Shown here in pieces: positions 21,810-31,995 of a DNA stretch of 64,000 bases. The notes beneath the pieces are model-generated. The model did no database searches. It was not told the DNA's origin and saw only the letters and a list, made by a program, of their open reading frames with translations. Origin of the DNA: Lepisosteus oculatus. Lineage: Eukaryota. How positions within the stretch are numbered: the first letter of the stretch is position 1; each line of letters begins with the position of its first letter. The DNA lies in the NCBI RefSeq assembly GCF_040954835.1, contig NC_090710.1, forward strand, positions 31,580,586-31,644,585, written 5' to 3'. The position numbers and the translations under genes are program-made.

Positions 21810-21908
21810 GGGGACGGTGTGGCCGTGGTGGAGCTGCAGTGCTGTGCGGGGAACCCAGAGCTGCCGTTCCGCGTCGCTCGGCGGGAGGGGGAGCGCTGCA
21901 GCAGCCAG
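21810..21908 (+). CDS. PARP4: PARP4 exon 5 (3' boundary ambiguous)
   Basis: GDGVAVVELQCCAGNPELPFRVARREGERCSSQ vs human GGQEAVVVELQCSRDSRDCPFLISSHFLLDDGMETRRQ; acceptor sits directly after a (GTCT)n tract, ctctctcag|; weak donor CAG|gtcgcg; an in-frame alternative is the weak donor TCC|gtctgt at 21957. Confidence 0.55.
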
Positions 21909-22299
21909 GTCGCGGTCTCCTCTCCCTGCCGCCGCCTGAGCTTCAGCATTTCCGTTCGAACCTCCGTCTGTAAAAATAGAAACATCCGCCGGGATTTTTC
22001 TAGACCGGATTCTGTTTTTACAAAAAAAACAAAACCTCCCAGAATGAAAAGCTTTATTAACAAAAAACTTTGCAAAGGAATGGCATGCATCTGAAAGAAC
22101 TGTAATCTCTCTGCTGTTCAGCAATATTAAAGGGTACCGTAGGCCTCTGCTCCTACACCAGTTTGTCGTTGCCTTAACATTTGAACTGTTTGCAGCTTTC
22201 AAAGGTTTTATTTTTAAATGGTTCCTTTTAAAGGTGTCAGGGGTATGGTCTTTACAAAGGTACTGCCAGCTCCTGTTCACTCCCTTGATCTCTCGGCAG

Positions 22300-22458
22300 G
22301 TCCTGAAGACCAGAGGAGACCTGATATTCACTGCCACGTCAGAAGCTGCCCTGCAGGCCTACGAGCTGGTGACGAGGGAGCTGACAGCTCGGGGCTTCAG
22401 GGAGCTCCAGGATCCCATTGGGGAAGCTCGCTTTCTGGGCTCGGAGAAACTCCAGGAG
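22300..22458 (+). CDS. PARP4: PARP4 exon 6
   Basis: VLKTRGDLIFTATSEAALQAYELVTRELTARGFRELQDPIGEARFLGSEKLQE vs human AIKKTSEDASEYFENYIEELKKQGFLLREHF..; acceptor tctcggcag|, donor GAG|gtcaga. Confidence 0.75.
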
Positions 22459-22826
22459 GTCAGAGCGAGTGGTTGATGTCTAAGGCACGAGAAGCTCAGG
22501 AAAATATTGTTAAATGACGCGATTCGTACGATTAAATTGCAATTTGGAGTTAGAAGTGCTTTGTCCTTTTTACAGTGAAAAGCATAACAGCAGCCAGACT
22601 GCCTAATAACCCGATCTTGCGAGAGTTTTTGCATCACCGGTTCATGGTGAATCCTTGCATGAATCCAGTCCGCAGACGCCTCGTGGCCGGACAGAGGACA
22701 CTTGCGTTGCTCGGTCTCTGTGGCTTCCTTGCCCGTCGTGGGGATCCGCGGGGCATTGTGGGGCAAGAGGGTGTGGCGCGAGAGAGAGGGGAGCTCCTCC
22801 TTGACTCTGGCATTTTCTCCCGACAG

Positions 22827-22964
22827 CTGCTCCTGGAGGAGAGTCTGAACAGCAGCACCATCCCCCGGGAGGTGGGGGAGTTTGTGGAGCTGCTCTGGAC
22901 GGAGGCCCTGGGCTGCCTTGGCGACGTGCTTGCCACCCCCGTCTCTGCCATCAGCCCTGGGGAT
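22827..22964 (+). CDS. PARP4: PARP4 exon 7
   Basis: LLLEESLNSSTIPREVGEFVELLWTEALGCLGDVLATPVSAISPGD vs human LLLEEVMNSSTLSQEVSDLVEMIWAEALGHLEHMLLKPVNRISLND; donor GAT|gtgagc. Confidence 0.85.
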
Positions 22965-24158
22965 GTGAGCAAGTCTCGGTGATGCCCGTCGTGCCGTCTC
23001 CCTCGTTCGGAAGGAATCTGCTCGCCGAGATGAGTCAGCGGCCAGTACACTGTAGAAAGCCGACAGAGACTAATGAGTTTACCAGGACACAAGAAATTCT
23101 GCATGTCCCAGGGCCTCATGGGAAAACTGGGGTTCGGCGAACCGAAGTCGCGATTCAACCTATTAAAACCTCTCAAACGTTCTTTTCCGCCTGTGATAAA
23201 TAAGGAAAACAATAACAGTTAAAGGGAAGCAAAACAATATAATTTGGGAATAAGGCTGTATAGATCGTTTTAGACACGGTGAACGAGAGAGAAATGGCAG
23301 GCGTGGCTCGAGCCAGCAGGCAGCGCAGCTCACACGTGCTTGTCGAGCTGGCGGACGCTCTAGACTGGGGGGTCGCGCGAGGTTAAATGGCATTTTGTGT
23401 GGAAATTCATAGCTGCATCAGATAAATCTGTGTGTAGCAAGGGATTGCTGTGCTGTTATTTCAAATGAAGGATGTCTGGCCATCGGGCTCTGACTGCATC
23501 ATGAAAACTACAGCAATTGGCTGTTCTTCCTCACTTGGGGTTTTAGGTGCCTGCTTGATGGGCGTCTCGGCGTCCAAACTGCGCTGTGTCATTCCCATTC
23601 ATGACCGACTACAGGAAGGTGCTTCCGAGTAACTACGGCAACCGGTGCTTCTGCTGCTCCGCCTGCCAATCAATCAATTACCATGACAAGGCAAAGTAGC
23701 AGGAAGTCAGTCCTGCCTGTCCACTGTTAATGAGTACCTATTCCCACAGGATCTCACAGTTCATCCTCGCTCAGCCCTTCTTCTGGTCTGACCGTTTCCC
23801 CCATTTTCTTCATCGCTTCCTAGCTTCGGCCCTCGTTTGTGTTTCCGACTTTGGCTCTGGATTTCCCCCTGCGCTCGGCTGGGCTTTTCCCGGTCTGGAT
23901 CTGAGCTAGTGCCCTGGATACGCTTCCGGATTCCCCCCCCCACCCATGCCTTCTCGTCTCGACGGGCTGCGAACTCTCTTTTGTTTTCCCACTACGGTGT
24001 GGCTTGCGCCCTCGATCTGCCCCTCTGCGGTTGACGTCTGCCTGCCTGCCTGCCTGCCAGCTCTGCCTCGCACCTGGGTTCACACGCTGCCGGGGACGCC
24101 GCGCCCGGCCCGGGGAGAGCGGCCGTCTTGACGTGTCTCTCTTGTTTGTCCGCTGCAG

Positions 24159-24332
24159 GTCAGCAGAGCTGAGGGCGCCCTGCTGCAGGTGCACAAGGCT
24201 CTGAGCGCTGGGGCCGGTCACAGCGAGCTGGCTGCCCTCATGGCCGAGTTCTACAGAGCCCTGCCCCACAAGGACCCTGCCCGCCCCACCCCCACGGCCA
24301 AGATCCTCTCTCAGAAAAGAGACCTCTGCCAG
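24159..24332 (+). CDS. PARP4: PARP4 exon 8 (followed by a GC-AG intron)
   Basis: VSRAEGALLQVHKALSAGAGHSELAALMAEFYRALPHKDPARPTPTAKILSQKRDLCQ vs human VSKAEGILLLVKAALKNGETAEQLQKMMTEFYRLIPHKGTMPKEVNLGLLAKKADLCQ; the protein junction CQ|LIRD forces donor CAG|gcaaga. Confidence 0.85.
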
Positions 24333-24402
24333 GCAAGACGAGCTGGGCCCCGCTTCTTGTATTATTAATTAACGATATTTCACCAAAATCTCCCATTTAC
24401 AT

Positions 24403-24404
<2 letters not shown>

Positions 24405-24446
<42 letters not shown>

Positions 24447-24560
24447 TGCTTACACTTATATAGCGCCTTTTCTGGACATTCCACTCAAAGCGCTTTACAA
24501 GTAATGGGGATCCCCTCCACCACCACCAGTGTGCACCCCGCCTGGATGATGCAACGGCAT
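24405..24560 (+). mobile_element. AAT-head family partial copy
   Basis: (AAT)16, tatagcgccttttctggacattccactcaaagcgctttacaagtaatggggatcccctccaccaccaccagtgtgcacc.. Confidence 0.6.
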
Positions 24561-24801
24561 GTAGGAAACACATACCAGGCCACAGCCTTAGGGGTTATTT
24601 AATCATCGCTAAACTCAAACACATATACTGTGGCTTTAGAGCACACACCAAATGGAAGATTGTAAGAATTGGATACTAAAACATATTGTCCAGATATTAC
24701 GAGTAACTTATTGTAATCACGCTTTTCTAAAAGGTACATCTCTTTGTTAAAACTGAGAAAAGCATGCCTTTGAGTGCCTTGTGTCTCGTGCTCCCCGTTA
24801 G

Positions 24802-24953
24802 CTCATCAGGGACATCGTCAGTGTGAGTGAGGCCACGCTCTGGAGCTCCACGCCCTCCTCTCTGGCCAAATACCGAGCCTTGCGGTGCAGCATGGAGCAG
24901 GTGCACCCTGGCAGTGCCGAGTTCTCAGCCGTGGAGAAGCTGCTCCACGACAG
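24802..24953 (+). CDS. PARP4: PARP4 exon 9
   Basis: LIRDIVSVSEATLWSSTPSSLAKYRALRCSMEQVHPGSAEFSAVEKLLHD vs human LIRDMVNVCETNLSKPNPPSLAKYRALRCKIEHVEQNTEEFLRVRKEVLQN. Confidence 0.88.
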
Positions 24954-25149
24954 GTACCTGCGGCTCTGCCTGCACAGGGTAACGGGTCTGTGGGGGCGGA
25001 GAAACCACGTCCACCGCAAGGATGAGCTTGCCACGTGGAGCAGGGTTCAAATCGATTAACTACAGAGCAGCTTTAAAAAAAAAAAAAAGAGCTCCTACTT
25101 CGATGCAAATCATTTTACTGAGATGACCTGTGCAGCAGTGGGAGATGTA

Positions 25150-25480
25150 ATTGAGCTTTGAGTACAGTACGGGCACCATGATGGTTCGTTCGGGGGTCAG
25201 AGCTCTTGCCTCACAGCTTTTTGGGTCCCGAGTCTGACTCCAGGCTGGGGATAGTCTGTGTGGAGTGTGCACCTGTCCCCCGTGTTCATCCATCCTGAGT
25301 GCTCTGGTTTCCTCCCAATTCCAGCAGAGTTTGGTTCCAAATTGGCCCATTCTCTGTAGCCCCGTCATGGACAGGTGTCGGGTCCTGTCTTGCCTTGTGC
25401 CTTATACTTCCAGGGTGGGCTCCTCGCTGCCACAATACTCAGATGTATTCAGTACCTCAGTTCTGAGTATATCTGAATGT
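25150..25480 (+). mobile_element. tRNA-derived SINE (second family)
   Basis: Head ..ggtcagagctcttgcctcacagc..ggtcccgagt..; body ..ggagtgtgcacctgtcccccgtgttcatcc..ctctggtttcctcccaattccagcag.., related to 28030-28320. Confidence 0.65.
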
Positions 25481-25610
25481 TAAATGCATTCCTTATTTTA
25501 AATGGCTGTTTGAAGTGTTTTTAACCCTGCCATGTGAATGGATGAGCTTTTGTTCCTGCCTGGACCCGAGCGCGCTGGAGGCCAGTTTGACACAGGGGGC
25601 TGTGTTTCAG

Positions 25611-25748
25611 TTCCAGGCCAGTGCAGATCAAGAAGGCGCTGCGCGTCTGCAGGGCGGCGGAGCTGCAGAGCTTCCGGAGACAGCTGGGGAACGTGCGCCC
25701 GCTGCTCCACGCCTCCGCGCCCGGCAGCTTCGTGGGCATCCTGTCCAG
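25611..25748 (+). CDS. PARP4: PARP4 exon 10 (PARP regulatory/catalytic region)
   Basis: SSRPVQIKKALRVCRAAELQSFRRQLGNVRPLLHASAPGSFVGILSR vs human ..LQIFRVGRVNETTEFLSKLGNVRPLLHGSPVQNIVGILCRG; tandem acceptors cag|TTCCAG|GCC at 25610 and 25616, both in frame. Confidence 0.85.
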
Positions 25749-26055
25749 GTGACACTGCGCCTCTTCACTGCGCGACGCTTCCTTGCCTTTCCTGTTCCTT
25801 GTTTCATGTCTTAAATATCGGAATTAGAAAAGAATCCAATCTGTTACGACTGCAGACGTGTAATTACTTTGGTGCAGAGGGAGGTAACGCCTTCAGAATA
25901 GTTATAGCTGAGTGCTCTTAAGATCTCTCTCTCCTGCTTTAGTTTTTTTTTTCCATTTGTCTGAAGAGCCCAGGTGTGCCACAAGATGGGAACGAAAAGC
26001 ATTAGGGGAACAAAGAGCATCCTGAAACCCAGGAAAGCATGTGTGTGGTGCAGTA

Positions 26056-26235
26056 ATGCAGTAAAGCCCTACTAAAGCATGACAGCTTCATGTATTGTTG
26101 TTTTCCAAAGCACGTCCAGCATTTTGCCCATACAGCTAGATATGCAGCTGGGCAATGGACTGAGGCAGTGTGATTGAAGTGCCTTGGGCAGGTGTACAAC
26201 CCAGGATTTGACTCCACCTCCACCTTGAAATGTGG
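26056..26235 (+). repeat. about 175-bp dispersed repeat, copy 1 (upstream of PARP4 exon 11)
   Basis: About 88% identical to 26536-26705 (..taaagcatgacagcttca..ccaaagcacgtccagcattttg..gcagtgtgattgaagtgccttgggcaggtgtacaacccagg..gactccacctccacctt). Confidence 0.6.
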
Positions 26236-26415
26236 CATGGTGTGGCTTGTTTTTCCTATAAGGGGGAGTACAGCATGCGATTTATCGATCAGGGATGGAT
26301 GGGGGCGACGCCTCAGCCGTAAGAGAGCTCAGGAACGGAAGTGGGTTTCAGGAGGCTCGGCTGCTTCCTGCCTCGGCGCTCTGTGACTAACTGTGCGTGG
26401 CTCTTGATGTCGCAG

Positions 26416-26514
26416 GGGCCTGCTGCTGCCGAAGACGGGTGTGGAGCAACATGGGATTGAGAGGACCGATGCTGGGACCCTGGGCAGTGGCATTTACTTC
26501 AGTGACGCGGTCAG
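26416..26514 (+). CDS. PARP4: PARP4 exon 11 (catalytic domain)
   Basis: GLLLPKTGVEQHGIERTDAGTLGSGIYFSDAVS vs human GLLLPKVVEDRGVQRTDVGNLGSGIYFSDSLS. Confidence 0.9.
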
Positions 26515-26535
26515 GTTAGCAGAGTCCCTCGTTGC

Positions 26536-26705
26536 CGTGTGGCCCTAATAAAGCATGACAGCTTCACGCCTCACGTACTGTTGTTATCCAAAGCACGTCC
26601 AGCATTTTGGCCATGCAGCTGGGCAAGTGACTGAGGCAGTGTGATTGAAGTGCCTTGGGCAGGTGTACAACCCAGGCTTGGACTCCACCTCCACCTTCCT
26701 TCTAC
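26536..26705 (+). repeat. about 175-bp dispersed repeat, copy 2 (starts 20 bp after the donor of PARP4 exon 11)
   Basis: See copy 1. Confidence 0.6.
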
Positions 26706-26934
26706 ATGTCCTGAGGCCCAGTAGTCCTCCTCCCTGCTGGCTCGTTACCTGACGGTGCTCCACGTTCCTCACTCGCACATCCCTGGGTGGAGGAACGCCA
26801 CAGTGTGCCGCGGGAGTTAGCACTGGAGACTGCCGATTTACCTCTCTCTTGAATCATAGTTTAATTAGGAATCAATCACGCTGTAGTACCATTTTCTACA
26901 GCTGTGTTTCCAGTGTTGTAGAGAGACCATTAGT

Positions 26935-27265
26935 ACACCACTGCAGTGTCATAATAATCCATTAATACTCCATTAATACACTACTGCAGTGTCATTAATA
27001 CTCCATTTATATGGCACTGCAGTGTCATTTATAATTCATTAATACGCCACTGCAGTGTCATTAATACTCCATTAATACACCACTTCGGTGTCATTAATAC
27101 TCCATTAATACACCACTTCGGTGTCATTAATACTCCATTAATACACCACTTCGGTGTCATTAATACTCCATTAATACACCACTGCGGTGTCATTAATACT
27201 CCATTAATACACTACTGCATGTCATTAATACTCCATTAATACACCACTGCAGAGTGACTAATACT
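26935..27265. repeat. 33-bp minisatellite, about 10 tandem units, in the PARP4 intron before exon 12
   Basis: Unit cattaatactccattaatacaccactgcagtgt repeated head to tail with point variants; no unique spacers. Confidence 0.85.
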
Positions 27266-27311
27266 CCACGTCAGGCTGGTCTCCGTGTTCTTGCTTGCCC
27301 CCGGTACGCAG

Positions 27312-27495
27312 CACCAGTATGAAGTACTCGAAGCCCAGCGCCGCTGATGGCACGCGTGTCCTGGCGGTGTGCGACGTGGCTCTGGGTCAGTGCAAGGAGC
27401 TGGTGAAGAGGGACTTCAGGCTGGTGTCGGCACCCGAGGGCTACCACAGCGTGCACGGAGTCAGACGGACCCCGCGTGGCCCTTCCGACTTCGAG
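27312..27495 (+). CDS. PARP4: PARP4 exon 12 (catalytic domain)
   Basis: TSMKYSKPSAADGTRVLAVCDVALGQCKELVKRDFRLVSAPEGYHSVHGVRRTPRGPSDFE vs human TSIKYSHPGETDGTRLLLICDVALGKCMDLHEKDFSLTEAPPGYDSVHGVSQTASVTTDFE. Confidence 0.9.
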
Positions 27496-27719
27496 GTGCT
27501 GTGTCCGCCCCTCTTCCACACACTCCCTAACTCCTGCACGTCGGCTCTCGAAACAGACCGAGCCACAGAACCGCCGCCGTCTGTTTTGGCCTTTTTGTAA
27601 TTCCCTCATGATTTGAACACACTTAGACGTAGTCTACGAGAGATTGTGTAATGAGGAAGCTGCTATGTCTACATTTTGATTTCTGTGCGATAGAAAGTTT
27701 GTTTGTCGGTGTATTTCAG

Positions 27720-27876
27720 GATGATGAGTATGTGGTGTACGATACGAACCAGGTCCAGCTGAAGTACGTCGTCCAGTTCTCGGCGTGCGATGACCAGGTC
27801 AAGGAGTTTGAGCCCTCTGTTGATGTTTCCGCTCAGCAGCTGGAGCAGCTGGAGCAGCCTCTGACCTTCGACACAG
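27720..27876 (+). CDS. PARP4: PARP4 exon 13 (catalytic domain end)
   Basis: DDEYVVYDTNQVQLKYVVQFSACDDQVKEFEPS.. vs human DDEFVVYKTNQVKMKYIIKFSMPGDQIKDFHPS. Confidence 0.9.
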
Positions 27877-28029
27877 GTGAGCTACCTGTGCAGCTGGGGG
27901 AAAACAGAACACAGCGGAGCTTTCCTCTCTGACATCATCTGCAAATCACGAGACAACTTTCTTCACTAACAGAACTCCTCTGCCTGGCAAACTTGACAAC
28001 TTTCACACTTGACACGTATGTAGGCTGCA

Positions 28030-28320
28030 GATCATCTTGAGCAGCACGGTGGCGCAGTGGTTATCGTTGTTGCCTCGCAGCACTGGGGCCCTGGGTTCAA
28101 TTCCTGGGGTGCTAGTATCTGCATGGGGTACCTCTCCTCTGGGTGCTCTGGTTTCCTCTCACAGTCCAGAGGCACACTGGTAGGTTAACTGGCCCTGGTG
28201 CAGGTGTGTGCGTCAGTGTGTGTATTGAGGCAGACTGGCATCGTGTCCAAGGTGTATCTTGCTGTGTGCCTGTTGCTTGCTGAGTCAGGCCTCAGCTCCC
28301 CTACGAACCTCTATTAGATT
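28030..28320 (+). mobile_element. tRNA-derived SINE
   Basis: ggtggcgcagtggttatcgttgttgcctcgcagcactggggccctgggttcaattcc (tRNA-like A/B boxes) then ..ctctggtttcctctcacagtccagaggcacactggtagg.. Confidence 0.75.
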
Positions 28321-28586
28321 AGGCCATTAGAAAAAATAGATAGAGGAATGGATTCACTTTTAGCACTTTACTCTCTCCATCATAGTTTTGAAGAGAGGAT
28401 TTCACAGATGGACACCTTTTTTTAAAACTGTAAAATTGGAGTATTAATAGTCCTGTTAGACAGGCTTTAGAAAACACTCAGCTAAGGACATTCATAACTG
28501 TCATTGAGGTGGTTTCTGCGCTGGATGCAGCTGTGTGGGTCTGGGTCTGGGCCGGGCTCTGCTTTAAGACTTCGTGTTGTCCGCAG

Positions 28587-28729
28587 TGTCTGAGCGCGAA
28601 GCAGACGGCCCCGGGGAGTACAGGGACCCGCTGCGGGAGGTGACCGCCGGTCTGCAGGACAGCGCTGGCCGGCCCCTCCTCCTGCAGCGCGTGCACGTCA
28701 AGGGCAAAGTGATGGACCTCCTAGCGCAG
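28587..28729 (+). CDS. PARP4: PARP4 exon 14
   Basis: ..TAGLQDSAGRPLLLQRVHVKGKVMDLLAQ vs human KAGLQDASGNLVPLEDVHIKGRIIDTVAQ. Confidence 0.85.
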
Positions 28730-28835
28730 GTAGGGGGGACGCCAACAGCTCGGGGGCCCCAGTTTGACGGCCCAGGACTCGCGTCGCCCACCTGCGTGCT
28801 GACATGTGGCCGCCCGTCTCCGGCTTGTCTTGCAG

Positions 28836-28967
28836 GTCGTGGTTTTTCAGACCTACACCAACCACAGCGCTGTTCCCATAGAGGCCAAGTACGTGTTTCC
28901 CCTGGATGAGTCGGCAGCGGTTTGTGGGTTTGAGGCCTTCATTAACGGGAAGCACGTGGTGGGAGAG
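28836..28967 (+). CDS. PARP4: PARP4 exon 15 (VIT domain)
   Basis: VVVFQTYTNHSAVPIEAKYVFPLDESAAVCGFEAFINGKHVVGE vs human VIVFQTYTNKSHVPIEAKYIFPLDDKAAVCGFEAFINGKHIVGE; donor GAG|gtaata overlaps the AAT-head of an inserted repeat. Confidence 0.92.
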
Positions 28968-29032
28968 GTAATAATTAATAATAACAATTCCTTACGCTTG
29001 TATAGCGCTTTTCTGGACACTCCAGAGGGTAA
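28968..29032 (+). mobile_element. AAT-head family fragment abutting the donor of PARP4 exon 15
   Basis: gtaataattaataataacaattccttacgcttgtatagcgcttttctggacactcc begins at the first intron base. Confidence 0.5.
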
Positions 29033-29298
29033 GTAGTGAAACAGAGACATGATGAAAATAAAGTAAACGATCAATCACTACTTGTGCAAACTGAGGAGGT
29101 GTATAGCTATGGGAATGAAAAATGATTTAGTGCTATTACACATAAATCTTGCAAGTCATAATCGTGCCATCGCTGGGGTAGAGTTTCCTGAAACTGAGCT
29201 CCGCGTGGAGTATCGGCCGATGGCACGGAGCATCACCGTCTCTGGACCTTGCCGTCTTCTGTGTTAAAACCCCAGTGTTTTTGCACTCCCCCCCCCAG

Positions 29299-29385
29299 GT
29301 GAAAGAAAAGGAGCAAGCTCGGAGAGAATACAGAGAGGCCATTGAGAAGGGGCACGGAGCTTACCTCATGGACCAGGAGGCGCCT
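29299..29385 (+). CDS. PARP4: PARP4 exon 16
   Basis: VKEKEQARREYREAIEKGHGAYLMDQEAP vs human IKEKEEAQQEYLEAVTQGHGAYLMSQDAP. Confidence 0.9.
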
Positions 29386-29787
29386 GTAGGCCTTGCATGT
29401 TTTATCTGCCTGCTCCTCCGCCGATCTGTCTGGTCTGTCAGCGCGTTTATCTGTGTGTCTCGCCTTCTGTTAACTCTGTCATTCCCTCTTGATGCTTGGG
29501 TTTTAAAATGGAGCTGTTTCATTTTGTCTGGGCCGATGCTTGATCTTTGGAGTGTGCTTTTTTCCCCCCAAAACGTATAGGTTTGCTCTAGTCTGCGTGT
29601 AGCAAGCGAACTCTTAAGTTCTGCTATTATTAGTATAAAACTCTCTCGGGATTTCATCTGCTTTGGCATTGTTTATGTTAGTGCTTGGGGACATAGAGAA
29701 CGTCTTTTCTTAGGTCAGTGAGGGAAACGTCATGGTGCCTTAAGGGCTGAGGGCCTGAGCGTCTTCCAATGTTCCTGGATATTTTAG

Positions 29788-29952
29788 GATGTGTTCACTA
29801 TAAGTGTTGGCAACCTCCCTCCGGAGTCCACGGTGCTGATCAAAATCACCTACGTGGCAGAGCTCACCGTCAGCCACGGCGACATCACCTTCCGCCTGCC
29901 GGGCAGCGTGGCGCCGTGGCAACAGAGCCACGCCCTCACCCAAAGGACCCAG
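29788..29952 (+). CDS. PARP4: PARP4 exon 17 (VIT)
   Basis: DVFTISVGNLPPESTVLIKITYVAELTVSHGDITFRLPGSVAPWQQSHALTQRTQ vs human DVFTVSVGNLPPKAKVLIKITYITELSILGTVGVFFMPATVAPWQQDKALNENLQ. Confidence 0.9.
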
Positions 29953-30284
29953 GTACGAGCCCGGTTTGGCCGTTCAGGAATGCATCACAGGGCCCGCAAC
30001 ATCAATCAAATAATAAAAGTTCCGTTTGACAAGCACATGAAGTTGTTTTTAATATTTCTGTCAGATGATAAAAGACAAGCTCAGCTGTGTAGCCTATATT
30101 AGTGTCAAAAAGATGTCCACTTGAAAGCGGCTTGGATAGATTAAGCATATTTGCGATCTTTCTGTATGACAGTACAGCTAAACTGTTCCAGTTTATTTTG
30201 CAAGATAAATAGCTTTCGGCACGTTCTCTGTTTTGCGTCTAGTCACCTTTCCTGTTTCTCAAGAAAGAAGTATATTTGTTGGTT

Positions 30285-30514
30285 CAGGTGGGTAGCTGCG
30301 TCAGCATGCGTAGGCTGCAAAGGAACAAGTAATAGGTTTATTCCCTGCTGAAAAAAAGAAGAAAGAGAACACAACGTTTCGGCTGTGGAGACTTCTTCAG
30401 GTGTCACACCTGAATTAACATGTTCACACCTGAAGAAGGCTCCACGGCCGAAACGTTGTGTTCTCTTTCTTCTTTTTTTCAGCATGGAATAAACCTATTA
30501 CTTGTTCCTTTGCA
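30285..30514. mobile_element. palindromic MITE-like element, copy 2 (PARP4 intron)
   Basis: About 90% identical to copy 1; flanked by the 10-bp direct repeat tatatttgtt (30271-30280 and 30516-30525). Confidence 0.7.
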
Positions 30515-30686
30515 GTATATTTGTTAAATCACTTGTACTGATAGAGGTGTTGAGCAGATGGACACTTCAGGAAATTTAGAGTAGTCGCTTGTTAACGATG
30601 TGTGACATCGCACCATACCTGTGATCTTTTGCACGCCCCTCACAAACAATGAGATCATGAATGACCGCTCTTTCCCTGCTCTCCAG

Positions 30687-30730
30687 GACACTGTGGGCAA
30701 GGTTGCTGTGAATGAGGTAGAGAGCGAGAG
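30687..30730 (+). CDS. PARP4: PARP4 exon 18 (44-nt exon)
   Basis: DTVGKVAVNEVESE vs human DTVEKICIKEIGTK; acceptor ctctccag|, donor GAG|gtgagt; phase links exons 17 and 19. Confidence 0.8.
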
Positions 30731-30929
30731 GTGAGTTACGAGCTATTGAAAGGGATAGTTTTTTTGTACTGCACAGTACCTTGCAGAAGATTGCAGCCCC
30801 TTCCTGTGGTCTCCCATTTGTGAAATTACAAAACGATGAGTACACCTTTTTAAAACGGAATATTTGACTCAGAACTTGAACGTTCAAACTGATGGCCTCT
30901 AAAGTGAATAAAATTGCATTGAATGTTAG

Positions 30930-31520
30930 AAAAAAAGTAAAGAAAAATATGCAATATGTTTATTGCATAAATATTCATGTCAATGACCTACATATTTGGT
31001 GGAAGCATCTTTGGCATCAGTCAAAGTCTTTTTGGGTAAGTCTCTACTGACTTTGCACACTGCCTTGGTAAAATGTTTGCACAGTCTTTCTGGCAGGCAT
31101 GCTCAAGCTTTCTCAAGTTGCCTGGGGATTGCTGATGGGCAGTAGTTTTTAAGTCTTTCCACAAACCGTAAACAAGATTCAAGTCAGTATATTGACTGTG
31201 TCACTCAAGAACATTCACTTTCTCATTCTTAAGCTGGTCCAGTGTAACTTTGGCCTTTTGCTTTGGATCACCGTCCTGTCGAAAGGTGAATTTTTGCCTC
31301 AGTTTTAGGACTGCAGCAGATTATTCTCTGAGGTTTGTTGGGTCTTTGCTCCGTCTGTATGTTCCCATCAGTGTTGACAGGCTTCCCAGCCTCTGCTGGT
31401 GAGAAACAGAACTAGGTAACTTTCAGTATCGCAATCGGCCACATGGTGGCGGCCCTCACCAGTTTCCTCCTTGCCTGGCTGCTTCAGTGGGGATCGATGG
31501 CCAGATCTACCGACTTCACC
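30930..31520 (-). mobile_element. Tc1/mariner-type transposon remnant in a PARP4 intron
   Basis: Homologous to 20100-20650 (..ctttccacaaaccgtaaacaagattcaagtcag..cattcactttctcattcttaagc..gaaaggtgaatttttgcctcagtttt..). Confidence 0.6.
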
Positions 31521-31913
31521 ATACTCAGCTAATATGTGTGACATGTAAAGGTTTTTTTATGCACCCAAATTAATTTGGTATTCTACAGCAAAGCATTTGA
31601 ATTCATGACTTTTCCAATTTTCTTTTATATTAATGATCTATTTATTATTCTTTTTGTTTTTTGCTTTGAGTGTGTGGTGTAGAAAATATGAAATCTGTTA
31701 AGGGATCTGAATACTTTCGTCAGTTTACTGTAAATTACATCCCGAATACCATATCACCCTGGACAATGGTAATGTTTTTATTTTGGGCATGCCTGTGCTC
31801 TTTGTTGCTGTTTGTTGCTACATTACCTGCTGAATCGGACAAACTAAATCTTTTTTCAGAAGGCCTCATTTTAAAATCCAACTGAAAACTACAGGGCTGT
31901 TTGTAATCTGCAG

Positions 31914-31995
31914 GTGTTTTGCCCTGGACATGTCAGTTGAAATGCCCTACGAGATCACAGACATCCGCTCTGTAACACACCAGATCGAAATCAAG
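31914..31995 (+). CDS. PARP4: PARP4 exon 19
   Basis: CFALDMSVEMPYEITDIRSVTHQIEIK vs human SFSLTMSIEMPYVIEFIFSDTHELKQK. Confidence 0.85.

Noticed and set aside
21603-22337. 244-aa minus-strand ORF
   Set aside because: It is antisense to PARP4 exons 5-6 in a GC-rich stretch. Open frames are expected at high GC, and there is no homology or splice support.
26935-27265. Possible CRISPR array (regular repeats of about 33 bp)
   Set aside because: Units are directly tandem with no unique spacers. The context is a eukaryotic intron and there are no cas genes, so it is a minisatellite.
28030-28110. tRNA gene
   Set aside because: The tRNA-like A/B-box segment is the head of a SINE (followed by a conserved SINE body). 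Further copies at 25150, 40060 and 10650-10765 show it is repeat-derived, not a functional tRNA.
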